From an uncultured Bacillota bacterium (GTDB lineage Bacteria; Bacillota; DTU025; MWDF01): 32,000 nucleotides of DNA. The stretch spans positions 425,755 through 457,754 of the forward strand of contig CAWGMK010000010.1 of the NCBI GenBank assembly GCA_963823655.1, read 5' to 3'. This document shows, one piece after another, positions 19,268-28,040 of this stretch (within the stretch, counting starts at the first letter, position 1; each line of letters begins with the position of its first letter). Made by a program: the position numbers and the translations under genes. The notes under the pieces were generated by a model. It was not told the origin of the DNA. It did no database searches and saw nothing but the letters and a program-made list of their open reading frames with translations.

Positions 19268-20644
19268 ATGGATACTACTCCCTGTATGTGCTAAAAAGCC
19301 TGATGAACCCCGCCTCCGACTGGACCGCCGAGATCTCGCAGACGCTTAAGCTGCCTTTGGATATCATAGCGACCGGCAAGTATTCTTACAGGAATACAAC
19401 AAATGCGAGCCTTGCCAAATCGGAGGAGCACTTCGCCGAGCTCAAACTGAACAGGAGCGTGGAGGACGACAAGACCGCGATTGCCGCATCTTACCGATAC
19501 AAGGACGCAGTAGCCGATACATCCACCTTGAACTTGTCTGCATCCCACTCCATGACGCTCTTAGAGGATATCAAGCTGTCGGGAAGCGTAAGCTACAGGA
19601 GGACCGAGATAAACGACGCTTTGAATTTCGAGAGCATGACTTACAAGGCAACTTTGTCCCACCAGACGGAACAGGGAAGGCTTACGCTAAACGTCCAGGC
19701 CTCCGAAACGATGAACGAAAGCCAGGAAGTAGTCGTCGCTTCGTTGAAAAGGCTGCCTGAGCTGCAAATAGAGCTTTTCAAGATGCCTATCGGGAAGCTG
19801 CCTTTAAACATCGGCGTCAAGATGACTGCCGGCAGGTACGTGGAGAGGATTCTCAATACTGACCCGATAGAGTTCTCTGGATGCGGGCAAGGGCGAGGCT
19901 GATATTAGCCTTGCCATCGACAGGGTGGACCTTTGGGGATTCGCCACATACGATCTGGCCGGCACATTTATCGGCAGCCTCTACTCTACCGGGGATTCAA
20001 GGGCGTACCTTGGCGTAGCGACTTCGCTGAATGTGACTCCGATAAAGGGATGGGGCATAAAGCTGTCGTACGATTACTTGAAGGGCTTCGGTTCGAGCCC
20101 ATACAGGTTCGACGCGCTTAACGAGAAGAACAAGATTGCCCTGTCTACTTCCGCTTCGTTCTACGGCGTAACTGCTTCTGCTTCGTCGGGCTACGACTTC
20201 ATCAAACTGAAGTACGACAGCCTCTCCGCGGGGCTAGGCTACAAATTTGAGGACAAGTACCAGGCGGATGTCACAGCGAAGCTTTCCCTGCCGGATTTCG
20301 GGATACAGACTATTGTAGGAAGGCTCACCATAAGCCCTATCGAGGAAGTAAGCCTGAAGTTCGGCCTAGAGTACAATGGTTCGCTCAACAAGATTAGCAA
20401 GATCGAGACGAGCGGGAGCCTTAGCATACTCAAGGAGTGGAAGGTAGGCTGGGCGGTAATATACGATGTGGCGAGGGAAGGCTTGAGGAAGGCGGACTTC
20501 GCGCTGACAAAGGATTTGCACTGCAGGGAGATAACGGCAGGCTACCAGGTCGTTGACAAGAGGTTCTTCGTCAACTTCAAGTTCAAGGCCTTCCCTGACA
20601 TACCGATCGGGATCGGCTCGGACGACTGGAGCCTATTTAACTAG
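19264..20644 (+). CDS. lptD: LptD-like outer-membrane beta-barrel, C-terminal portion; continues the previous ORF after a -1 frame change (~19260-19264) and contains a further +1 change (19871-19899)
   Basis: ORFs 19264-19902 and 19925-20644 both show alternating-hydrophobic beta-strand patterns (YSLYVLKS, LSGSVSYRR, LTLNVQAS, IKLSYDYL, VTASASSGYDF, LKFGLEYNG, WKVGWAVIYD, FFVNFKFKAF). The strand pattern continues across each junction once the frame is changed: ...KHEYGIERQ(K)VNGYYSLYV... and ...DPIEF..LDAGKGEADISLAIDRVDLWGF. Confidence 0.6.
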
Positions 20645-20671
20645 AAACCGCAAGGAAGGAGGGCTTACGTC

Positions 20672-21316
20672 GTGAATACCAGGGTGGGGATAGCGATATT
20701 CCTGATTTTCGCAGCTCTCGTGGGCGTGTCCTACTATTACGGTTTCGTTAGGCAGGAGCCCTCAATAGAGGCGGCGCAAGAGGCGGTTGACGACAAGGAC
20801 CTTCCTGAAGTGCTCATAAAGGGGCTTACGATATCTAGCTGGACCGGCGGCGCAAGGGTTTGGGAGATGAAAGCCGACAGCATGGAGCTGCCCCGATTCG
20901 GCAGGAACGCCACGCTCACAGGCATCAAGGAAGGCACCATATTTAGGGATGATGTAGCTTATCTGGGCTTTTCCGCGGGCAGGGCGGCCGTCGACGGCAG
21001 GAACAGGATGCAGTTTTCGGAAGGCGTGCTGATCATGTCTCAGGGCAAACCCCTGATGGTAACCGAGTCGATGGTATGGGACCCTGTGACGCAGCTGGTC
21101 AACATCCCCGGAGAGACCGAGATAACGGCGGACGGCAGCAAGGTGACGGCGAAGAACCTTACGGTGGACCTTAAGGACGAGTACATTTCTACGACCGGCG
21201 ATATAATCGCCCAGCAGGGCGACAGCGTAAAGATAACGGCAGGGAACATGAGGTATTCGGTCACCAGGCGCGAGATGGAGATCATCGGGCCTTTGACGAT
21301 AACGATAGACCTCTAG
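20672..21316 (+). CDS. lptC: LptC-like protein (N-terminal membrane anchor + OstA-type beta-jellyroll)
   Basis: It has a single N-terminal TM helix (GIAIFLIFAALVGVSYYYGF). An all-beta region follows with the LptC/LptA-like rhythm (WEMKADSMEL...GIKEGTIF...ITADGSKVTAKNLTVDLKDEYISTTGD). It sits immediately upstream of lptA and lptB. The start is GTG with AGGAGGG upstream. Confidence 0.65.
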   Translation: MNTRVGIAIFLIFAALVGVSYYYGFVRQEPSIEAAQEAVDDKDLPEVLIKGLTISSWTGGARVWEMKADSMELPRFGRNATLTGIKEGTIFRDDVAYLGFSAGRAAVDGRNRMQFSEGVLIMSQGKPLMVTESMVWDPVTQLVNIPGETEITADGSKVTAKNLTVDLKDEYISTTGDIIAQQGDSVKITAGNMRYSVTRREMEIIGPLTITIDL

Positions 21317-21331
21317 GAAAGGGGTGCACAG

Positions 21332-21994
21332 ATGATAAAGAGCAGATCAAGAACGGCAATCGCCGCGGCACTGATCATCCTGGTACTGGCCTCTACGGCG
21401 CTTGCGGCCAAACAGGTCAAGATCACAGCCTCCAAGAAGCTCAGCTACCAGGGCGCCAAAGGCGACGCAATGGTAGAGGGCGACGTAAAAATCGAATACG
21501 ACACTACCCTGATTACAGCCGATAAAGTGATTTTCAACAGCGACAACAAAACGGCTAGGGTGGACAGCGGCGTGCGCATAGTGCAGGACAATATCGTCAT
21601 CACGGCCAATGTCATGAACGCCGACTTTAAAACCGAGAAAGTCATGGTCAGCGGCAATGTTAAGCTGGAGATGACAGAGACTCTTGCCGAGAAGGATGCC
21701 AACGGCGTCGCAAAGAAGGATGTCGTGCTGCTTTTAACTTCAAGCATGACTATTGATATCAATACAAACGACTTCACGGCGTCCGGCGGAATAATAATAA
21801 CCAAGGACAAACAGAAGGCACAGTCCGGAAGCGCTGCATACATCGAGGCTGAGAAGAAGATAACCCTTACGGGAAATGTCAGTATCGAGACCAGCGACGG
21901 CGATACCGTAAAGGCCGAAAAAGCGGTCATCTATACGGACAAGGATACTTTCGAAGCCGAGGGCGAACGCATAGAGATCAACTTCATCGTATAG
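21332..21994 (+). CDS. lptA: LptA-like periplasmic LPS transport protein (OstA_N domain)
   Basis: It has a signal peptide (ALIILVLASTALAAKQ) and repeated beta-jellyroll motifs: VKITASKKLSYQG...MVEGDVKIEYDTTLITADKVIFNSDNKTARVDSGVRIVQDN..ITANVMNADF...VSGNVKL, and again LTGNVSIETSDGDTVKAEKAVIY. Confidence 0.72.
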   Translation: MIKSRSRTAIAAALIILVLASTALAAKQVKITASKKLSYQGAKGDAMVEGDVKIEYDTTLITADKVIFNSDNKTARVDSGVRIVQDNIVITANVMNADFKTEKVMVSGNVKLEMTETLAEKDANGVAKKDVVLLLTSSMTIDINTNDFTASGGIIITKDKQKAQSGSAAYIEAEKKITLTGNVSIETSDGDTVKAEKAVIYTDKDTFEAEGERIEINFIV

Positions 21995-22010
21995 CGTTAT
22001 CGGAGGCAAC

Positions 22011-22730
22011 ATGGGAATTAGGGCGGTCAAGCTTACGAAGTCGTTCTCCGGCCGGAATGTGGTGGACGGGGTCGACATCAACCTGGAGCGCGGGGAGGCA
22101 GTGGGACTTTTCGGACCCAACGGGGCCGGGAAGACCACGACCTTCTACATGCTCCTGGGGCTTGAAGTGCCCGATTCCGGCCTTATCGAAGTGGACGGCC
22201 GCGACGTCACCGAATTGCCCGTTCACATGAGGGCCCAGCTTGGCATAGGATATCTGGCCCAGGAGCCTTCGATATTCAAGCGCATGAGCGTACAGGGCAA
22301 CATCGCCTCTGTGCTAGAGACGCTCAGGCTGCCCGCAAGGCAGGTCAGGCAGAAAACTCAGGACCTGCTTGAGGAGTTCAACCTGACCGATATCAGAAGG
22401 CAGATGGGCTTTACCCTGTCAGGCGGAGAGCGAAGGCGAGTGGAGATCGCAAGGGCCGTGGCTATAGCACCTTCCTACCTGCTACTCGACGAGCCTTTCA
22501 CGGGAGTTGACCCTTTAGCTGTGATGGAGATACAGGGCATAATAAGAAGGCTGAAGTCGCAGGGGCTTGGCGTGCTGATTACTGACCACAATGTGCGCGA
22601 TACGATGGCGATAACCGACAGAGGGTATATAATGTATACAGGCAACATACTTGTATCAGGCACTCCGGAGCAGATTTCGGCGGACCCGCTGGCAAGGAGA
22701 TTTTACCTTGGCGACTCATTCAGCTTCTAA
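22011..22730 (+). CDS. lptB: LPS export ABC transporter ATP-binding protein LptB
   Basis: It has Walker A (GPNGAGKTTTF), the signature LSGGERRRVEIARA, Walker B (LLLDEPF), the H-loop (TDHNV) and the LptB-typical C-terminus ARRFYLGDSF. Confidence 0.9.
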   Translation: MGIRAVKLTKSFSGRNVVDGVDINLERGEAVGLFGPNGAGKTTTFYMLLGLEVPDSGLIEVDGRDVTELPVHMRAQLGIGYLAQEPSIFKRMSVQGNIASVLETLRLPARQVRQKTQDLLEEFNLTDIRRQMGFTLSGGERRRVEIARAVAIAPSYLLLDEPFTGVDPLAVMEIQGIIRRLKSQGLGVLITDHNVRDTMAITDRGYIMYTGNILVSGTPEQISADPLARRFYLGDSFSF

Positions 22731-22742
22731 CCGGAGGTTTAT

Positions 22743-24083
22743 TTGAACGGAGTAGTGCTGATTGCCGTATTGGCAATAATAGGAGGCCTTGTCGCAATCG
22801 CAGGCGACAGGATAGGCATGCGCATAGGGCGCAAGAGGCTTACCCTCTTCGGGCTCAGGCCGAGGCACACTTCTATTCTGATAACCTTCATAACCGGCAT
22901 CGTGGTCGTCGCGCTCACTGTCGCTGTCTTGTCCCTGCTTTCTGAGAACGTAAGGATTGCGATCTTCAAGATACAGGAGCTTCGCAGCGACCTTGCGGAA
23001 ACGAATGAAGTGCTCAAGGTTACCAAACAGGAATTGACCCTCAAGATGGACGAAGCGCAGCAGCTTACCGACAGGGTGGAGAGCATCGGCAAGCAGTATG
23101 AGTCCTTGAAGTCCGATTATGGGATAATCAGTGCCGAGCTTAGCGATGCGAACGCCGAGAAGGTTCAGACATATAATGAGTTGAAAAGCCTGAAAACGGG
23201 CCTTGAGGAAATACAAAGGAAGCTCGTTTCCACAGAACAGGATTTAAACGCCGCAAGCGCGGAAATCGTCGAATCGGATTTGATGCTAAAAAGCCAGCAG
23301 AGCGAGATTTCGGGCTTGTCATCCGAAAGGGAGCTGCTCGAAAAGGAGATCCTAAGCCTTCAGGACACCAGATCAAAGCTCATCGAAGAGGCAGCGGTGC
23401 TTGAAAAGCAAGTGGACAGCCTGATGCAGACAAGCCTGCTGCTCATACAGAGCAAGCAGACCTCGATGACAAGGCAGGTCATCTTTTATGCCGATCAGAT
23501 TATATTGGGTACTGTGATAGACTGCGTGCAGCCTGTTGAAATCATCCATACCCAGATAAACGACTTCCTGATAAAGGTCAACACGCTGGCCAAATCAAAG
23601 GGCGCGGGGGAAGTGGCGGGCCGCCAGGACGGCTCCGTGCTGAATTTCGACGAGGACAATGTTCTTAGTGCTTTCCAGAAAGTATATTCGTCTTCCGGCA
23701 AGGTGGTAATGAGGGCCGTATCGCCGGTCAACAGCTGGCCGGGCGAACCTCTTTGGATTTCTCTTCATACATTGCCGGATGAATTGATCTTCTTTGAAGG
23801 CCAAGTAGTCGCCAGCAGGGATGCAGACGGCAGGCTCGGAGCCGACAGGATACAGCTTGAGATTCTAGGCCTAATTGAAGAGGTAAATGCGATTGCGCTG
23901 GCCAAAGGCATGGTTAGCGACGATGAAGGGCGCATAGGGACTTTCATTAAAGCCCTTCAATTTACCGAGGCAATCATCGCGGCTTTGGAGTCGGGCCGCA
24001 CAGTCAAGATAGAAGTCAAAGCGGAAGAGGACATCTGGCGCAGTGATAGCACACCTACAATGGGTTTGCATGTGGTATATTAA
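22743..24083 (+). CDS. DUF3084-like membrane-anchored coiled-coil protein of unknown function
   Basis: The N-terminus reads LIAVLAIIGGLVAIAGDRIGMRIGRKRLTLFGLRPRHTSILITFITG, which matches the pattern I recall for DUF3084 (two TM helices). About 170 aa of heptad-rich coiled coil follow, then a ~200-aa globular C-terminal domain. The TTG start at 22743 has GGAGG 5 nt upstream and lies 12 nt after lptB. Confidence 0.6.
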   Translation: MNGVVLIAVLAIIGGLVAIAGDRIGMRIGRKRLTLFGLRPRHTSILITFITGIVVVALTVAVLSLLSENVRIAIFKIQELRSDLAETNEVLKVTKQELTLKMDEAQQLTDRVESIGKQYESLKSDYGIISAELSDANAEKVQTYNELKSLKTGLEEIQRKLVSTEQDLNAASAEIVESDLMLKSQQSEISGLSSERELLEKEILSLQDTRSKLIEEAAVLEKQVDSLMQTSLLLIQSKQTSMTRQVIFYADQIILGTVIDCVQPVEIIHTQINDFLIKVNTLAKSKGAGEVAGRQDGSVLNFDEDNVLSAFQKVYSSSGKVVMRAVSPVNSWPGEPLWISLHTLPDELIFFEGQVVASRDADGRLGADRIQLEILGLIEEVNAIALAKGMVSDDEGRIGTFIKALQFTEAIIAALESGRTVKIEVKAEEDIWRSDSTPTMGLHVVY

Positions 24084-24117
24084 TTACATGATATTTTTCC
24101 AAGCCTTTTGCTCTGCC

Positions 24118-24147
24118 TTGATAAAAAAGCACAATTAGATGTATAAA
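24118..24147 (+). promoter_or_regulatory. Candidate promoter for the SLH-barrel gene, inside an AT-rich island
   Basis: TTGATA (24118-24123) is followed by an 18-nt spacer and TATAAA (24142-24147, preceded by TG). The surrounding sequence 24084-24240 is visibly AT-rich compared with the rest of the window. This would give a 5' UTR of roughly 190 nt. Confidence 0.35.
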
Positions 24148-24253
24148 GAAGAAGGATTACTAGCTTTATTGAAGAAAATATAAGAGAAAATACTATTCAA
24201 TGCCCTGCCCGTTCGCAAAAAAACATCAAAGGGCGCGCATAAGGGCGTAAGAT

Positions 24254-24315
24254 CAAACCACCGGTGAAGGAAACTAGGAAACTTCACTGGTGCGGAGGTT
24301 TATGGTTTGGTGGTT
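24254..24315 (+). promoter_or_regulatory. Structured 5'-leader element upstream of the SLH-barrel gene
   Basis: An 11-bp stem pairs CACCGGTGAAG (24259-24269) with CTTCACTGGTG (24282-24292), including one G-U pair, around a 12-nt loop. The flanking CAAACCA (24254-24260) and AACCACC (24256-24262) can alternatively pair with TGGTTTG (24303-24309) and GGTGGTT (24309-24315). Confidence 0.4.
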
Positions 24316-24345
24316 AATCAACAAAGCCAAGGGGGGTAAGAACAC

Positions 24346-27300
24346 ATGAAGAGAACCGTAGCAATGCTAATTGCGGTTCTGCTTGCCGTGGCGGTAGCAT
24401 TACCAGTCATGGCAAGTCCGTACACGGATCTGCCCGATACACATTGGGCACTATCGGCCGTGTATGAGTTGTCCGCACTAGGAATCTTCGAAGGCTATCC
24501 TGACGGAACCTTCAAGGGACCGCAGCCAGCAACGAGGTACGAACTGGCAGTAGTCATCGCCAGGCTCCTGAAGTATCTGGACCAGGAGATAAGTGCCCGC
24601 ATGGCGGCATTGGAAGCCAAGATTCCGGCTGCCACAGCGGCGGCAGTCGTACCGACTCCGACTCCCGTACCGACACCCGCGCCGGTAACCACGGTTGTTC
24701 AGGTGGAGCCCGACCAGACAATTCTTGAGACCATTATCAGGGAGAAGATCGAAGCCCTGGTAGGGCCCAAGTTTGAGGACATTGACGAGAGGATCGCTGA
24801 ACTCTATGCAATGATCCAGGACCTCAAGACAGAGTTCTCCCGCGAGCTCTCAGTCCTTGGCGTCCGCGTGACAGCCCTGGAAGATGAACTCGCAAAGATC
24901 AAGGAGAGGCTGGCCAAAGCAGAGGCAAACATCGGCGCCCTGCAGCTCCAGCTGGATCCCGCTCTTGTAAGGATAACGGTCCTCGAGAGCAGAGCGAACG
25001 CAGTCGACAGGCAGCTTGAGGAGCTCAACCTCGCCCTGTCCCAGAAGGCGAACGCCCCCGAAGTAGAAGCGCTCAAGGCGCTAATACTCGGCCTCGAAAA
25101 GGACAACGCGGCACTAGCGGCAAGAGTAGCCGCCCTGGAAGGCAAGCCTGCGGTAGTGATACCGCCGATGCCTGTAATACCCGCCGCGGCCAAGCCTGAG
25201 GAAGTTGAGGCCCTTAAGGCCCTCATGCTTTCGATGGAAAGAGACAAGGCAGCCTTGGCAGCAAGGGTTTCCGCCCTTGAAGCCGTCAAGCCTGTAGTAG
25301 CTCCGGTAATTACAGCACCGGTCGTCCCGGCCCCTGTAGTGCCGGCGCCAGTAGTACCCCGCTCCAGTAGTAGTGAGCTCTGGAGTAAGCGCAGCCGAGC
25401 TAGCTGCAGTCAAGGCATTGGTGCTCAACCTCGAAGCTAACAAGGTCGACGTGCTTATGTCCAAGCTGGGCGCCCTCGAGTCCAAAGTACTCGCCCTCGA
25501 ATCCAAGCTCAACACAGTTGACACAAGGGTAGGCAACCTTGAGCTCAAGTCAAACGAGCTCGAAGCCGAAGTCGACATGGTGGCCGCGCAGTCCGGACAG
25601 AATGCAGCCGACATAATCGACCTCTACAGCCTCTCCTATAAGAATACCGATGATCTCAACTTCCTGAAGGCAGACCTTGCTGCAAAGTTTGCGGACCTTG
25701 AGGCCAGACTGGCCGCCAAGCCCGAAGCAGTAGCAAGCGTTTCAGGCGCAAGCCCTGAGAGCGTTGCCCTTCTGAAGTTGGACATCCTTGAGGCTCAGGA
25801 TGACATAGAGAAGCTGAAGGCCCTCTATGCGCAAGTCGGAGACCTCACCGCGCGCCTTGATGCAGCCGAGTCGAAGCTGATGCTCCTCGACGAGAAGGTT
25901 GCCATGCTCAATATGGACCTTGCGGCACTTGAGAGCGAGAAGGTAGACAATGCCCTCGTAAGGATCGGCCTGCTCGAGCTTCAGACCGCTGATCTATATG
26001 ACAAGTATGGCATGTTGGCTGACGGCCTCAACGCGATGGGCCTTGAAGTCACCAGGAACTCGGAAGACATCAACGACTTGTACATCCAGCAGAACAAGAC
26101 CAACAACCTGCTCAAGAACCTGGCAGCAGCTGACCTCGCCCTCAACGACAGGGTAGCGGCCATAGAAGCGGCCAACAAGATAAGCGCAGATGCCCTGGCA
26201 GCAAGGGTAGCTTCCCTTGAAGGCGCATCGGCAGAAGGCGCAGCGGAGACGCTAAGCCTTAAGAACGGCCTGATGGGATTGATCGACAAGGTATCGAACC
26301 TCTGGATCAACAAGTTCCTGCTCTCAGGATCGTTTGAAGTCAAGTTCACCGATGTGGCCGTCGTAATGGGATTGCCGTACAAAGATCCGTTCGACAACAC
26401 GACCACAGCTATAGTTCCGAGCAATTCGTACTACGGCAAGCTGACATTGAAGGCGACGATCAAGCCTGAGCCCGGCGTGGAAATCAATGTCGGTCTTAAT
26501 GCCGGCGTAGATACTTATGGCATAAGCGATGTCAGCGCCCTCGTGTTCAACGGCGACCTCGACATCAAGGTCACCTCGCCCAACGGCTACGGCCAGCTCA
26601 TCGGCGGCGAGCAGGCCAGGCCCAAGTATCTCAGCAAGTACGTATTCTCATCGATCCTGTTCGCAGACGAGGCGTTTGAAGGACTCGGCGGCTGGGCGAA
26701 GTTCGCACCCGGCATGGAAGGTCTGACACTGGGCGCCTCCGCAATAGTCGCGAAGAAGGGTTCGACCACCGACTTCAGGTATGTATGGGGAATGGCCGGC
26801 AATGTGAACTACGCTGACGTAGCCGATCTTACTCTCTACTACTTCGCAATCGATGACGCACCCAACTCGGGCGACATCCCGGGCGTCTATGATGGAACCG
26901 AAGATCACATCGGCCTCAGCGCAGACTTCAAAATGGGCGAGAACTGGACGGCAGGCGCATTCGCCAACCTGTTCTTCAACGATGTGAACCCGGATCCGGA
27001 GAGCGCAATCACCGCATACATCGATGGCAAGGTCGGAGTATGGAACATGAGCCTTGGCTTCGAGCGCGTGAGCGATGCCTACACACCGATGTATGCTGAG
27101 TTCGTCGACACCGACGATCCGGACATCATCGAGAACGACATAATGAACCTTACGATGAGCAATAGCTTCGACGTCCTGCCCAACCTGGTATTCGGTCTGG
27201 ATACCGAGCTCAACGGCGACGACGATTGGGCCAACCTGACCCATATCAACGAAGTGTATGCCAAGTACTCGTTCGGCAAGGCGACTGACCTGTTCAACGG

Positions 27301-27968
27301 ATCGCTGAAGCTCTACGGCGGACGTGAGTCCGACATAGTGATAGGCGGCATATGGAACGTACCCGTACCGGATGCCGACGGACTGTGCTATGCAGGAGCT
27401 GACCTCAAGCTGAAGCTTTACATCTTCAACGCGGGCTTCTCCTACTACACAGAGACCTACGACATAGCGGGTGTCTTTGCCGGAATAATACAACAAGTAC
27501 ACTGCATACCTCAACACGGAGCTCTCCCTCATACCCGACATCCTGAAGGCTAAGGCCGGATGGAAGGGCGTGTTCGGTGACTTCACAGGCAACTACCAGG
27601 AGCTCTACGGCGAGTTGAACCTCACCACCGGCTTCGCGGTCAAGTGGAACCTGGCAGCCAACCTGGGCGTGTACTTCAAGACCACAACGATGTTCAAGGT
27701 CTATGGCGATGCCAAGCTTACCTACAACCTGTCCAACACCGCCAGCCTCTACGCAATGGCAGCCGGCGAGTACAGGAACAGCGTAAGCGCAGCCAAGCCT
27801 GATGGCTTCGTGCTGTCAGCAGGCCTGGGCTACAACCAGAAGATCTTCAACGCTACGAGCCTTGTCGCAGACTTCACCACCAAGTACGTCAAGTACACCT
27901 ACAACCCCGGTGGATACGCCGACAACCTCGTGAACACGCTTGGCATAAAGCTGAGCACCACGTTCTAA
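24346..27968 (+). CDS. OmpM/SlpA-like OM tether: signal peptide + SLH domain + very long segmented coiled coil + C-terminal beta-barrel (~1200 aa), interrupted by two apparent +1 frame changes
   Basis: It has a signal peptide (LLAVAVALPVMASP) and a canonical SLH domain (YTDLPDTHWALSAVYELSALGIFEGYPDGTFKGPQPATRYELAVVIARLL). Heptad-rich segments are separated by Pro-rich linkers. The barrel region shows strands such as FEVKFTDVAV, GKLTLKATIKPE, LTLYYFAIDD, FSYYTETYD and VYGDAKLTYNL, and ends ...GIKLSTTF. The three ORFs are 24346-25440, 25373-27553 and 27570-27968. They join at the C-run 25357-25360 (..VVPAPVV P|APVVVSSGVSAAELAAVKAL..) and at about 27498-27506 (..AGII|NKYTAYLNTELSLIPDILKAKAGWKGVFGDF..). 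Confidence 0.75.
25057..25470 (+). repeat. Intragenic diverged repeats: three copies of a ~27-aa heptad segment, each followed by a Pro/Val-rich linker
   Basis: Copy 1 is PEVEALKALILGLEKDNAALAARVAALEGKPAVVIPPMPVIPAAAK (from 25057). Copy 2 is PEEVEALKALMLSMERDKAALAARVSALEAVKPVVAPVITAPVVPAPVVPAPVV (from 25195). Copy 3 is AAELAAVKALVLNLEANKVDVLMSKLGALESKV (from 25391). Confidence 0.7.
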
Positions 27969-27982
27969 GCTAAAACCGGACT

Positions 27983-28025
27983 AGCCCCGAGGAGCATTGA
28001 TTTGCTCCCCGGGGCTTTTTTCTTT
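27983..28025 (+). terminator. Strong rho-independent terminator after the SLH-barrel gene
   Basis: AGCCCCGAGGAGCA (27983-27996) pairs with TGCTCCCCGGGGCT (28003-28016), giving 14 bp with one mismatch. TTTTTTCTTTCT follows. Confidence 0.85.
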
Positions 28026-28040
28026 CTCCTGTCTCCGGGT

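Noticed and set aside
25357-25360. The C4 run at the OmpM-like frameshift as a phase-variation (slipped-strand) switch.
   Set aside because: Four nucleotides is far shorter than known contingency-locus homopolymers. A consensus error or one-off indel is more parsimonious.
26648-27592. A 314-aa ORF on the minus strand. Similar long antisense ORFs lie at 11562-12380, 13304-14095, 6293-6982, 5667-6305 and 30297-30869.
   Set aside because: Each lies entirely antisense to a + strand gene with strong homology motifs. Their translations are low-complexity and Arg/Ser/Pro/Ala-rich, with no recognisable motifs or RBS. They are typical shadow ORFs of GC-rich coding DNA.
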